Assembly (NCBI GenBank): GCA_965228855.1
Contig: CBDDIJ010000002.1
Location: 1,728,001-1,792,000 of the forward strand
Length of the DNA: 64,000 bases
From: Candidatus Obscuribacterales bacterium
GTDB lineage: Bacteria > Cyanobacteriota > Vampirovibrionia > Obscuribacterales > Obscuribacteraceae
Direction: 5' to 3'
Shown: positions 37,462-47,600 of the stretch, in pieces
Layout of the letters: the number at the start of each line of letters is the position of its first letter
How positions within the stretch are numbered: the stretch's first letter is position 1
Translations under genes and position numbers: made by a program
Notes under the pieces: generated by a model
What the model was told of the DNA's origin: nothing
The model's input: only the letters and a program-made list of their open reading frames with translations
The model's database searches: none

Positions 37462-38946
37462 ATGGCTGGAACCATGTTCTCGATTTCGGAAGAGTCAATT
37501 AACAAACTAGAGAGAGTCGCAGAGCTTGTCTTTGCGATCGTTCTTGGAGCGATTTGCGTATCGCTCTTCAGCGATAACGTCTGGCGGGTCTTCCAATCTT
37601 CCGACACAGGATGGCTTGTGAGAACCGGTGAGTATGTGTTGAACCATGGACTGCCGGCAACTGATTTATTCAGCTGGACTCAGCCCGACAAGCCCTGGAT
37701 TCTCTATCAATGGTTTTTCGAGATGTGTCTCGGTTTCTTTTATAAGGTCGGTGGTTTGTGGCTCACTGGTCTCGTTGGTCTATTCGCCTTCTCGATCATC
37801 TATTTCTGGCTGTTGCCAATGTCAATGGCAAGTAAAGGAGTCAAGCCAGTTTTCATCGCAGGATTTTTGTGTCTTATACTCACTCCCTCCTGGTTCTGGC
37901 TTCGTCCGCAATTGTTTTCATTTCTTCTGATTGTCGTTTTCTCGGCGATATTAGAAGACTTCCGGCTCAACGGACTTAAGCGAACGCTCTGGCTATTGCC
38001 ACCACTGATGATACTGTGGGCGAATTCTCATTCGTTCTGGTTTATCGGCTTGATCCTGATCCTGTCTTACTTCGTTCACAATCTTTCCGAAAAAAGCAAC
38101 AGAGATCGACTGACGCTCTTGACCATCGCAGCTCTCAGTGCCGCCGCGGTTTTCATAAACCCATACGCGGGTGAGATTCTGCCCTACAATTTCGGGTTTG
38201 TCTCGCGCCCTGAAATCGCAGCAATTAAAGAGTTGCATCCAATTTTGCTCACTGAACCACTCGCTAATTTGCCGCTGCTGCTCTATTTCATCCTGACCTG
38301 GAGTGCGCTGATCGTCGGGCGGCTCCACGTCCCATCAGTGGGACTGTGGCTCTCTATTTCGGGAACGGTCGCCGCTCTATGCTGCTATAGATTCGCACCA
38401 CTGGGAGTGCTTCTCACCTGGCCTTATCTGAGCCTGGTGCTTTCGAACTGGAAGTTTACAAGTCGCGAAAATACCGAGGCTCCAGGCGGCAAAGGGCATG
38501 TTCCGGTCCTGACTGTGGCACCGATAGTGGTAGCAGCGCTGGTTTGTCTCGCGACATACAATTCGGTTTTTCCGTATAACAAAACAGTCTGGTTTACTCA
38601 CCAGTACAGCAATCAAGGCGCGATCGAGTTTCTAAAACAGCATCCGGAACTTGTTAAACAGATGTTCTGTGACGACGCGGCAGGTTGCAGCATGATCCTG
38701 GAAAACCTCGGACCGGTCTTCATTGACACGCGATTCGATTTCTACGGTCAAGATTTCTCAAACCAATATCGTCAGTGCCTGTACGCTCAACACGGGTGGC
38801 AGAAGCTGTTTCAGTTGTGGGGAATCAAATCAGCGTGTCTAAGGAACAGCGCGCCGCTGTGTTTTGAGCTGAAAAACTCTAAGCAGTGGAAATGCCTGTT
38901 CGACGACGGTCAATACTCTGTTTTTGTATTGGTCAAAACCGAATAG
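37462..38946 (+). CDS. Polytopic membrane protein, GT-C-like glycosyltransferase
   Basis: DTGWLVRTGE, W...QW.FE, RPQLFS, LWANSH, INPY, VFIDTRFDFYG. Confidence 0.65.
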   Translation: MAGTMFSISEESINKLERVAELVFAIVLGAICVSLFSDNVWRVFQSSDTGWLVRTGEYVLNHGLPATDLFSWTQPDKPWILYQWFFEMCLGFFYKVGGLWLTGLVGLFAFSIIYFWLLPMSMASKGVKPVFIAGFLCLILTPSWFWLRPQLFSFLLIVVFSAILEDFRLNGLKRTLWLLPPLMILWANSHSFWFIGLILILSYFVHNLSEKSNRDRLTLLTIAALSAAAVFINPYAGEILPYNFGFVSRPEIAAIKELHPILLTEPLANLPLLLYFILTWSALIVGRLHVPSVGLWLSISGTVAALCCYRFAPLGVLLTWPYLSLVLSNWKFTSRENTEAPGGKGHVPVLTVAPIVVAALVCLATYNSVFPYNKTVWFTHQYSNQGAIEFLKQHPELVKQMFCDDAAGCSMILENLGPVFIDTRFDFYGQDFSNQYRQCLYAQHGWQKLFQLWGIKSACLRNSAPLCFELKNSKQWKCLFDDGQYSVFVLVKTE

Positions 38947-38960
38947 CGAATCGGTTTCGA

Positions 38961-40052
38961 TCAAGAATTTCGCCGCAAAATCGTGAAGCTCAAGCCGATC
39001 AAACATAAGACCGAGAGCGGTAGCCAGGCTGCAACCAGTGGATCCAGTCTGGAATTCTCGGATAGCGACAGGCAGATTTGCTGAAGAAGAAAAAACATCA
39101 CAACAAGAACGCCACCATAAACGAAGGAGACATTGAGACTCCTGCGTCTGCGGACGGTCATGAGCGGCAGCGCTGCTAAGACAAGAAAGAAGCAACTGGC
39201 GGGGTGGGAATAGCGCCTGTAGTACTGGGTTCGCAATTCTGCCGGTGCTTTTTTTCCGGACTTCTCAAAGCTGTCGATTTCTGCTCGCAGTTGACTGGTA
39301 GTCTTCTCGAGCGAGCTGGTCGGTCCCTGGGCGATGTAACTAGCAAGTTTAGCGTTGCTGCCGAATTTCATGCGTTGAAAGTTACCGCGGGTGATGAGAC
39401 CGTCTCCTTTGACGAAGTCAAAGAGGTTGCCATTTTCCAGAACCCACTGACCTTCCAGCCACGTCGCACGTTCCGCCCAGATGATGTTCATCTCTTTGTC
39501 GGAGGCTTTGTCCAAAAACAAAAGTCCTTTTACTTGTCGTCCATTAGGGCATCCAAACACCATCGTCTGGCTCATACGGTCATTGGCATCTTTGACTTGA
39601 ACAATCGGCTGTCCCACGAACGGCCTTTCTGCAGCGTAGATACCGAGAAGAACGAGTTTCTGTGACAAAAGCTTGTTCTGCGGCGCCACGTATTCATTCA
39701 TCCCATACGCCAGGAAAGACGCGGCCAGCCCCATCATCAGATATGGCACAACCAGCCTGCGTGTAGGTACGCCGGAGACCTGCAGAGCCAGGAATTCGGA
39801 ATCATTGTGCTGCCTTGCCAGGGTCACCAGCGTTGCGATCAAAACGCCGGCCGGCAGGCAATACGCAATGCCGGTGGGTAACTGCAGCATCATGATAGAT
39901 AGCACTGTATTTGGTGGCAGCCCGAACTGGTTGAGTAAGTCCATCACTCTTTGAAATTCAACCGTGCCGAAGAAAATTCCAATCACGCAGAGAGAGCCCA
40001 CAATGAGCACTTGCATTGCTTCGCCGATCAAATACCTGTCGAAGAGCTTCAT
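38961..40052 (-). CDS. LptF/LptG-family LPS export permease
   Basis: MKLFDRYL, DSEFLALQVSGV, three TMs + periplasmic domain + three TMs, AAWLP. Confidence 0.9.
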   Translation of the reverse strand: MKLFDRYLIGEAMQVLIVGSLCVIGIFFGTVEFQRVMDLLNQFGLPPNTVLSIMMLQLPTGIAYCLPAGVLIATLVTLARQHNDSEFLALQVSGVPTRRLVVPYLMMGLAASFLAYGMNEYVAPQNKLLSQKLVLLGIYAAERPFVGQPIVQVKDANDRMSQTMVFGCPNGRQVKGLLFLDKASDKEMNIIWAERATWLEGQWVLENGNLFDFVKGDGLITRGNFQRMKFGSNAKLASYIAQGPTSSLEKTTSQLRAEIDSFEKSGKKAPAELRTQYYRRYSHPASCFFLVLAALPLMTVRRRRSLNVSFVYGGVLVVMFFLLQQICLSLSENSRLDPLVAAWLPLSVLCLIGLSFTILRRNS

Positions 40053-40062
40053 TTAGTTCCTG

Positions 40063-41652
40063 TCAAAAGGAGAGGCGGGTAAACGGAGTCGTATCGGTTT
40101 CCAGGGTGACCTCTGCACTGATATGCGCTGGTTTTTCGACAGGTGCATCGCACATCTTTCGACCGACTGAATCGAAGATTGCTGATGGACCAAGAAGTGT
40201 GGAGAAGACGAAGGCGCGATGATTCTCGACGGCACGCATGGTGCAAAACGCATGCATCTGGTCCATGAGAATACTCGGGTAAAACCACCCCATATTGCTG
40301 CAATCGACGAGCAATTGAGCCCCCGATTTTACGCTGTCAGTCGAGAGCTTGGGCAAAACGCATTCGAAGCACAACATAGAACCGATCTTCATGTCTGAGC
40401 AATCGAAGACAACGACTTTGCTATCAGGTGTGGTGTCAGTATATTTGTGATTGGGACCATACATGAGAAAGCCGATTGGGGTTTCCTTCACCCAATCGGG
40501 GGTGAACTCACCAAACGGAACCAGATAACGTTTGTGGTAGATTGGCTGACAAATCCTGCCCGTTCTGTCAAACGCGCACACTGAGTTGTACTCGCAACCC
40601 TTCTCATCGGTGTCCAGCAAACCGACTACCCATGTTTGATTTCGTTGAGGCGGAAACTTCGCAACCATATCGATAACATCGCGGTTCTTCGTGAAATTGG
40701 ATATGAGCGACCACTCCGGCCACACACACAAGCCGTCTTTCGGGCACTCTTCCGTTAGAGAAATATGCTTGTCCAGTATTTTGACTGAATCAACCTTGTG
40801 AATCACTGTCGACAAGCAGCCCTGCACAGCAGAGACTGTGTATTTCCTCGCGGTGGAATTCTTCTGGGTTTCCAGCCGCCAGATGCCAAAAATAGGCAGG
40901 GCAAAAATCAGTGAAAGGGCAACGGTCGTATTCAACAGCATCGACGCGATGCTGTTATAGGAGAACTCCTTGAGCGCTCGAATCCGGAAGCTCAATAAAC
41001 CCAGAAGGACTACATTAGCTAACACAATTACGGCACCGAGCCCGACGCCGCCGATTACCGAGGCAATCTGAATCAGCGCAGTCTGTTTGTACTGGCTGTA
41101 TTCCAGGGAAGCCCATGGAACGCCAAATAGCAGAGGCGAGTTGCACATCTTGTCAATCAAGACGTAGAGGAAAGGCACAACAACAAAGGCCGGAAAGTAC
41201 CACCGCCCCTGGTGGCAGGTAGGCAGCCAACCATTTCGCATCGGCACCGCACGCAAGACGCAGATGAAAATCGAAAAGAACAAGGCCTGCCAGGCAGACA
41301 TAGTAGTCCAGAAGAAAAATGATACGAAGGCTGGACACTGAGAAAACGGTCCCATCCCAAACTCCGGACGGAAGAACAAGTAAAAGTTCTGGTACACCAG
41401 AAAGTATGCCATCGCGAAAAACCAGCCGCGAACGCCGGCATACCACGGATCACGCGCAGTGACTGCGAGATAGAGAATGGGCATTAGCCCGAACCAGGCC
41501 AGATACGATTGTTCGAAGCCCGGAGCGGAAAGACCTAGAATCGCTCCCGACAAAAAGGCGACCGCCCGGTAGGGAAGTTCCTGACGAAAAGTGAGCGGAG
41601 TGTTAGTCCGACCCGAATCCGTCAATGAGAGAAGAGTAGAGAGCTTAGACAT
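40063..41652 (-). CDS. lnt: Apolipoprotein N-acyltransferase
   Basis: TM region with GVPW and Q.ASVIG; nitrilase triad WPE, HKRYLVPFGE, LCFE; RAVEN. Start approximate. Confidence 0.9.
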   Translation of the reverse strand: MSKLSTLLSLTDSGRTNTPLTFRQELPYRAVAFLSGAILGLSAPGFEQSYLAWFGLMPILYLAVTARDPWYAGVRGWFFAMAYFLVYQNFYLFFRPEFGMGPFSQCPAFVSFFFWTTMSAWQALFFSIFICVLRAVPMRNGWLPTCHQGRWYFPAFVVVPFLYVLIDKMCNSPLLFGVPWASLEYSQYKQTALIQIASVIGGVGLGAVIVLANVVLLGLLSFRIRALKEFSYNSIASMLLNTTVALSLIFALPIFGIWRLETQKNSTARKYTVSAVQGCLSTVIHKVDSVKILDKHISLTEECPKDGLCVWPEWSLISNFTKNRDVIDMVAKFPPQRNQTWVVGLLDTDEKGCEYNSVCAFDRTGRICQPIYHKRYLVPFGEFTPDWVKETPIGFLMYGPNHKYTDTTPDSKVVVFDCSDMKIGSMLCFECVLPKLSTDSVKSGAQLLVDCSNMGWFYPSILMDQMHAFCTMRAVENHRAFVFSTLLGPSAIFDSVGRKMCDAPVEKPAHISAEVTLETDTTPFTRLSF

Positions 41653-41767
41653 GTCATTATTTCGTGAAAAGAGACTAACGCATGTTTTAGACCTCGACAT
41701 TAATATGCGATTCATATTCCCATGAAATTTCACATATATAATTTCTCGGTTCGAAGTTTCGTCTGTC

Positions 41768-42534
41768 TTGAAGTCTATGGTCTTTCAGAGATTCGCTCGA
41801 AAAATACTGCTCACTCTTGTGGGAAACAGTCTCGTACTCTTTCTCGCGGGCGTCCCACAAGCGGACGCACGGGCCGCAACGCCGGTCGCAGCTTCAGCTG
41901 ACCAACGACTTGTGCGTGTTTACTTTCTCACAGGTGGTCCGGTCGACATCTTCAGCAGAGAGACTGCAAACAACATTCGAACCAAGATGGATACTTACTC
42001 GCAGAACCTGGCAATCCCAGCAAATTTCGAACGCCACTGGTTTGCGCACTGGCGCGGACTGTCAAAACGGATCGCCGGCTAAAAGGGCGAGATAAGATCG
42101 TCTTAATCGGACACAGCTGGGGAGCTGCCGGTGCCGTTCAAGTGGCACATCAGCTCAGGAAGAAAAATGTGCCAGTCGATTTGCTTGTAACCATCGACAC
42201 GGTTCCCATTCCCGGACTGTTAGGACACGCGCGCATACCAGACAACGTGCTCAGCAACTACAATTTCTACCAGGCAAGCGATTTGTTCGCCCACACCGCA
42301 CACAAAAATCATCGCAAAGACGATGGAACTGATACAGGCATCCACAATATTCAGGTCGTGATGGGAGCGGTTTATTCGCCGCACATGCGTATCGACGATC
42401 GCATCGAACCAATCATTTCGAGCATGGTCGGCATGCTCATGAAAGGCTGTATCGATAACGTCAGGCTGCCAGAGAAACTGGACAAGCAGCTCATCTGTGA
42501 CGTCACCAAAGAACTGGACCGTTATCCCAACTGA
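41768..42534 (+). pseudogene. Frameshifted secreted alpha/beta-hydrolase-like gene
   Basis: First ORF (signal peptide) stops at 42082; the -1 frame continues LKGRDKIVLIGHSWG...DLLVTID to 42534. Confidence 0.75.
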
Positions 42535-43957
42535 TTCGAATTGCGACGGCGTTGCGATGAACCGCAGGAATATTTTGACATACAGCGTCAGGCGTAAGAC
42601 CGGTTTATCGGTGAGCATCGATTATCAAAGGCACAGCGTTGACGATGGAATTGAGCTTCCGTCCAGTCGCTCAATTGCGCCATGCGAAGGGCGTTTGGAA
42701 GAAAGCCTTTTAGAGATTGTTGTCCGAAATTTTGTTAGTGTCCTCGTGATTGTTGACTTGCTATTTTTGCTTTTGTGCAAGTCTGCGCTGGACAATGCTT
42801 TGTTTTTGACGTCGAAAGGGACTGTTTTTATCGACCTTGCGATACACCTCTGCATTCTTGGAGCCTATGTGTGTTTGTGTCGAATCAATTTGTCGTACGT
42901 GAAGAGACAGGACCCCATCTTGATTGGATTGATTTCAATCTTTGCTCTCTCGGTGCTTTCTTCGGTGCCGGCTGCGGTGTCGCTTGGTGTTGAGGAACTG
43001 CCGAATGCGATTCTGCACGCGCTGTTGGTTGTTAGCCCAGTAATCTCGTACGGTTATATTTGTCCGCGCATTTTGAATCGGCGCAATTTTATGGCGATCT
43101 TTGCTGCTGTTCTCCTGGTGTTCACTATGCATGCCCTTCTCACTGCAGGGCTGTGTATCACTGACACGACGGCGATTGCCGGCCGAGAAATCGTAAGCGA
43201 TGTTGGGCGCGCGCCGGCTTTTTTCGGTCATTTAGGAACGTTTGTTCCTGGACTATGTTGGAATCCTAACACTCTAGCTATTGCCTTGATGATGCTACCA
43301 GTAGTGGTGCCTATTGTTTTAGACGGCTGTAAGTCTTCCTGGTCTAGACTGAGCGCACGAGTCGCGATGATATTGATCAGCTGTCACTTATTGCTTACGT
43401 TTTCGAGGGCGGCAATTTTTAGCGTTTTGCTTTCTTTTGCGCTGTGGCCTCTGTTGTCTGCGTCGAGAAGTCGTCGGACCGTTTTTATGTCTATGTTGAC
43501 GATTGCTTTTCTTGGAATTTTTCTTGTGCAGCAAGCGCTCAATCTGACAAGCGATTCTTCTATGCTCGCGCGAATCGACATCTGGAAAAATGAGTGTGCG
43601 GGGATTGTGCTAAATCCGTGGGGGCAGGGTCTGCCGGCTTTGGGTGCGGAGCGTATGCCTCACAGTTTGATTCTGGGTAGTCTTCAGTACTTTGGCTTCC
43701 AGGGACTGTTCGCCTTCAGTCTGCTGCTTGGGTATCAATTGATCAAGTCAGCGAGAAGCGCCTTGCAAAGCTCGTCTTCGCGCCTCTTGCTTGTGTTTCT
43801 TGCAAGCGTTGTTATCGTTCATGGCACGTTCGAATACTTCATTGGTCATCCGTTGCTTTTTGCCAACTCTCTCTTCTGGATAATGCTTGGTTATTTGAAT
43901 CTGTTGCCGCTCGAGGACGCGAGGGGCTTGGCTCAGGTTGAGGCGCGGCGGGTTTGA
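42497..43957 (+). CDS. O-antigen ligase/polymerase-like membrane protein
   Basis: NPNTLA, LLLTFSRAA, RIDIW, PHS; many TM helices. True start probably downstream. Confidence 0.7.
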   Translation: MTSPKNWTVIPTDSNCDGVAMNRRNILTYSVRRKTGLSVSIDYQRHSVDDGIELPSSRSIAPCEGRLEESLLEIVVRNFVSVLVIVDLLFLLLCKSALDNALFLTSKGTVFIDLAIHLCILGAYVCLCRINLSYVKRQDPILIGLISIFALSVLSSVPAAVSLGVEELPNAILHALLVVSPVISYGYICPRILNRRNFMAIFAAVLLVFTMHALLTAGLCITDTTAIAGREIVSDVGRAPAFFGHLGTFVPGLCWNPNTLAIALMMLPVVVPIVLDGCKSSWSRLSARVAMILISCHLLLTFSRAAIFSVLLSFALWPLLSASRSRRTVFMSMLTIAFLGIFLVQQALNLTSDSSMLARIDIWKNECAGIVLNPWGQGLPALGAERMPHSLILGSLQYFGFQGLFAFSLLLGYQLIKSARSALQSSSSRLLLVFLASVVIVHGTFEYFIGHPLLFANSLFWIMLGYLNLLPLEDARGLAQVEARRV

Positions 43958-43974
43958 ATATTTCTTTATCTCGT

Positions 43975-44370
43975 TCAGTCCCTGCGTTTGCCTAGGCTGA
44001 GTTCTACTGATACCGTATCCGGTGCGTCCGCTGGCAGTGCGTCAAGTGGCGATAACTTCTCGATAGTTTTAATCACAGCCTGGTCCTGCTTCGAGTTGCC
44101 GGACTTCTGTTTGAGCTCAAGCTTGGAGATTTCACCAGACTTGTTTATAACGAAACCAATAGTTGTATCGCGCTTTGACTTTTTCGGATACGACGTTTTA
44201 TTCCATTCGGTTTGAATCCGTTTGGTAAGTCGGTCAACATAACCGCTCCTGCCGATCGCGTCTGAAGGGCATGCTGTTGATTTCACCGTGCCCGCTGCGC
44301 TCTCCGCAAATGAGCCGGTTGGTGCCAGCATGAAGGCGATTAAGAAGAGCTGAATTGAAATTCGCAGCAT
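43975..44370 (-). CDS. TonB/TolA C-terminal domain protein, secreted
   Basis: RIQTEW, FVINKSGEI, KSGNSKQDQA, PLDALP; signal peptide from ATG 44370. Confidence 0.8.
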   Translation of the reverse strand: MLRISIQLFLIAFMLAPTGSFAESAAGTVKSTACPSDAIGRSGYVDRLTKRIQTEWNKTSYPKKSKRDTTIGFVINKSGEISKLELKQKSGNSKQDQAVIKTIEKLSPLDALPADAPDTVSVELSLGKRRD

Positions 44371-44639
44371 GTTGTTCTCGTCCTCGATTCTATTATTCCC
44401 GTTATCCCGAAAACGGTTTTGAACCGTTACCACAGAAGTTTTGTGATTGATATCCCCCGAACGGGTTGAATTTGCGAGATCTAGATTGGAAGCGGTTTAT
44501 ATAATCGGTTAGAAAATTTTCGAGAAAACCATTTTGCACGGTTTGCGGGCATTGTTGTCACTCAAAACCGGCTGCTTTTGCTACAATCAGCGCTTCTCAA
44601 ATACTTACCGCGCTGCCAAAACAGCCAGGAGCGTTCGCC

Positions 44640-47600
44640 ATGTCTGACGGAAGATTCACCAGGGTTGTGTCTGCGAGCCTCGCTTGCTCGGTACTTCTCG
44701 TAAATCTGGGCTCTGCGACGCCATCCTGCGCGAAGTCATCGAAACAGTCGAAGGCGTCCAAAGCTTCGAAGGGCGCGAAGATTATTGAGACGAAAGTTGA
44801 AGAAACAGCCAAGCCGGCAGAGCCTGTTCCGGTCAAAAAAGTTATGGCTACTTCCTATTCGCTGGGCGGAACTGACCGCTACTTAACCATGCTCAGCACC
44901 GATAAGCCTATTTATCGTGCTGGCGACAAGCTTTATCTGCGTGGAGTTATGTTGAATTCTCTGAACAAACAACCTTTTCCTCGCTTTTCCGACTTGCGAT
45001 ATGGCGGTCACATTGAAATCCGAGGTCCCAAGGGGGAAATCATCGCGAGAGACAATGCACAGATACAGGACAGCGTGTGGAGTTACATTTGGGATGTTCC
45101 TCGCGGCGCGCTTGGCGGGGAGTACACCGCCTACCTCTCATTTGCGCAAGCTCCATTTGCGCCATCTGAGCGGAAGTTTGATGTTCGCGCTTTTCGAAAT
45201 ACGCGTTTGAAATCGCAGATAACCTTCGTTCGAGATGGATATGCGCCGGGTGAGAAAGTTTCAGCAGTTCTCGACGTTAAACGTGCTGAGGGCGGTATTC
45301 CCGCTTCAGCGAAAGTCATGGTGACTGCAACGATAGATGGTGTCGCGATGAACTGCGGCACGGCTTCCGTCGATAGTAACGGTCTATGTCAAGTCTCCTT
45401 CGATCTTCCGCATGAAATCGAACGCGGCGAAGGAACTTTAGCGCTGGTTATCTCCGATGGGGGCGTTGTCGAAACCGCCTCGAAGACGATTCCAATCCTG
45501 CTCAAAACCGTGGACTTGCAAATGTATCCTGAAGGCGGTGATTTGCTCGCTGGGCATAAAAACCGAGTTTACATCGAGGCGTCGCAAACAAACGGAAAGC
45601 CTGCCGATCTCGTCGGCAAAATCATGCTCGCAGGCACGAATGGTGAGGCACCACGGGAAGTGGCAGAGGTTAAAACTGAACACGAGGGACGTGGGCGGTT
45701 TGAGTTTACGCCTGAAGCTGGCAAGAAGTACTATCTAGCGGTTTCTCAACCAAGCGGTATAGCAAAAACTTTTCCGCTTCCAGAAGCGAAACTGACGGGC
45801 GCGACGATAACCACCGACCAGGATGTTTTTCGACGCGAACAACCAATTGTTTTGCATACAGATAGTTCTGAGAAGACTTACAAGGTAAGCCTTTATAAAC
45901 GCGAAGTGAAAATCGCCGATTATAAAGTCGACCTGCAGAATCAAGCAAAGGATGGTCAGCAACGCGTTCAGTTTAATTTGTCGGATGATATTGACGGTGT
46001 TTTGACTGCCACCATATGGAGTGCCGATGGTGAGCCGCTCGCGGAGCGGCTAATTTTTCGGGAGACGTCTTCTCCAATCAATATAAGCATTACTCCAGCG
46101 AAAAAATCTTATATTCCCGGTGAAACAGCAGAGCTGACGGTGAAGGCGACGGATGAAAACGGAAAACCGCTCTCAACGGTGGTTGGCTTGACGGTGTCTG
46201 ATGAAACTGTCATTGAGATGATCGACAAGCGGGAGCAATCACCGAACCTGGAGGTGATGTACTTCCTCGAGCCGGAGGTAAAGAATCTTGCTGATGCTCG
46301 CGTATATATGGATGCAAAAAATCCCAAAGCTCCATTAGCAACTGATCTGCTTTTGGGAACGCAGGGGTGGCGTCGATTTGCTTTGCTTGATGCAAAAGAT
46401 TTTGTCGCGAAAAATGGCAGCAAGGCTAAGCGCGTTTTGGGCGGTTGCCTGGGTCGACCAATTGGAAGCCGCATTGGCGAGGACGGCATACCTCTGCAGC
46501 CATCAACCTATCAGCGTGGACAACTTCAAACCCTGAACAGCATCGATAAATATACTTTCTTTCCCTCGGCTCCCGAACTTTCGGTGGAGCAGATGCGAGT
46601 TCCGGAGGAGATTGGTCGGGTTGAGGGACCACGTGATGTTAACCTCTTCCAAGTTGAGCCAACCGTGCTCGACGAACGTCACTTCACGACAGGTCGTGCT
46701 GAGCGCCATCAAAAGACTTCGCCGACTTTGCCTGAAGGCGCACCTATACCGGATTCTGACGGGCAAATTACTTTGCATGGATACAATCTGGCTGCGGGAG
46801 CAACGGGCCGCTCAGTGTATGTGCGAGAGTATTCGCATAAAGCGCGTCCCGGGAGGCAGCCAGGCGACCGAAACGATTTCACCGAGACTCTCTACTGGAA
46901 TTCCGGCGTGAGAACCGACTCCAAGACCGGCGAGGCGAAAGTTAAATTCGCTTTGAGCGATAACGTCACGACTTTCCGCGTAAGTGCGGATGCGTTCTCC
47001 GAGAGTGGTGGCATTGGTAGTACCAGCCTTGGCTTGCAATCGCAGCAGCCGTTTTACACGGAGGCGAAACTGCCGCTGGAAGTTACGGCTGGTGACAAGA
47101 TTTTAATTCCGGTTAACTTCGTTAACACCACTGATGGTGCATTATCTTCACCGGTCGCGACCATAGATATCAAAGGTCAAATGACTCAAAGCAGTTTCAA
47201 AAAGTTTGATACCGCTCTTGGTGCCGGCGAGCGGGCTCGTTTGATTGAAACTCTCACAATCGGCGACAAGATTGGCGATTCAACAATCACGGTCAGCACA
47301 AAGGCTGGTGACTTCCGTGACAAGGTAACGCGCAACCTGAAGGTTACGTCCAACGGTTTCCCGCGCGAACAAGGTTTCGCTGGAATAATCGAAGGCGGAA
47401 AGAGTGTCGTGAAAACTATCAATGTTCCAAGCTTCGTGCCGGGCAGTTTGACGGTCAAGGGTGTTGCGTATCCATCGCCGCTCGGTAATTTGACGGAGGC
47501 GCTTCAACGATTGATTCAGGAACCAAGTGGTTGCTTCGAGCAGACTTCATCTACGAGTTATCCGCTCACGATGGCTCAGCAGTACTTCCTGACGCACCAA

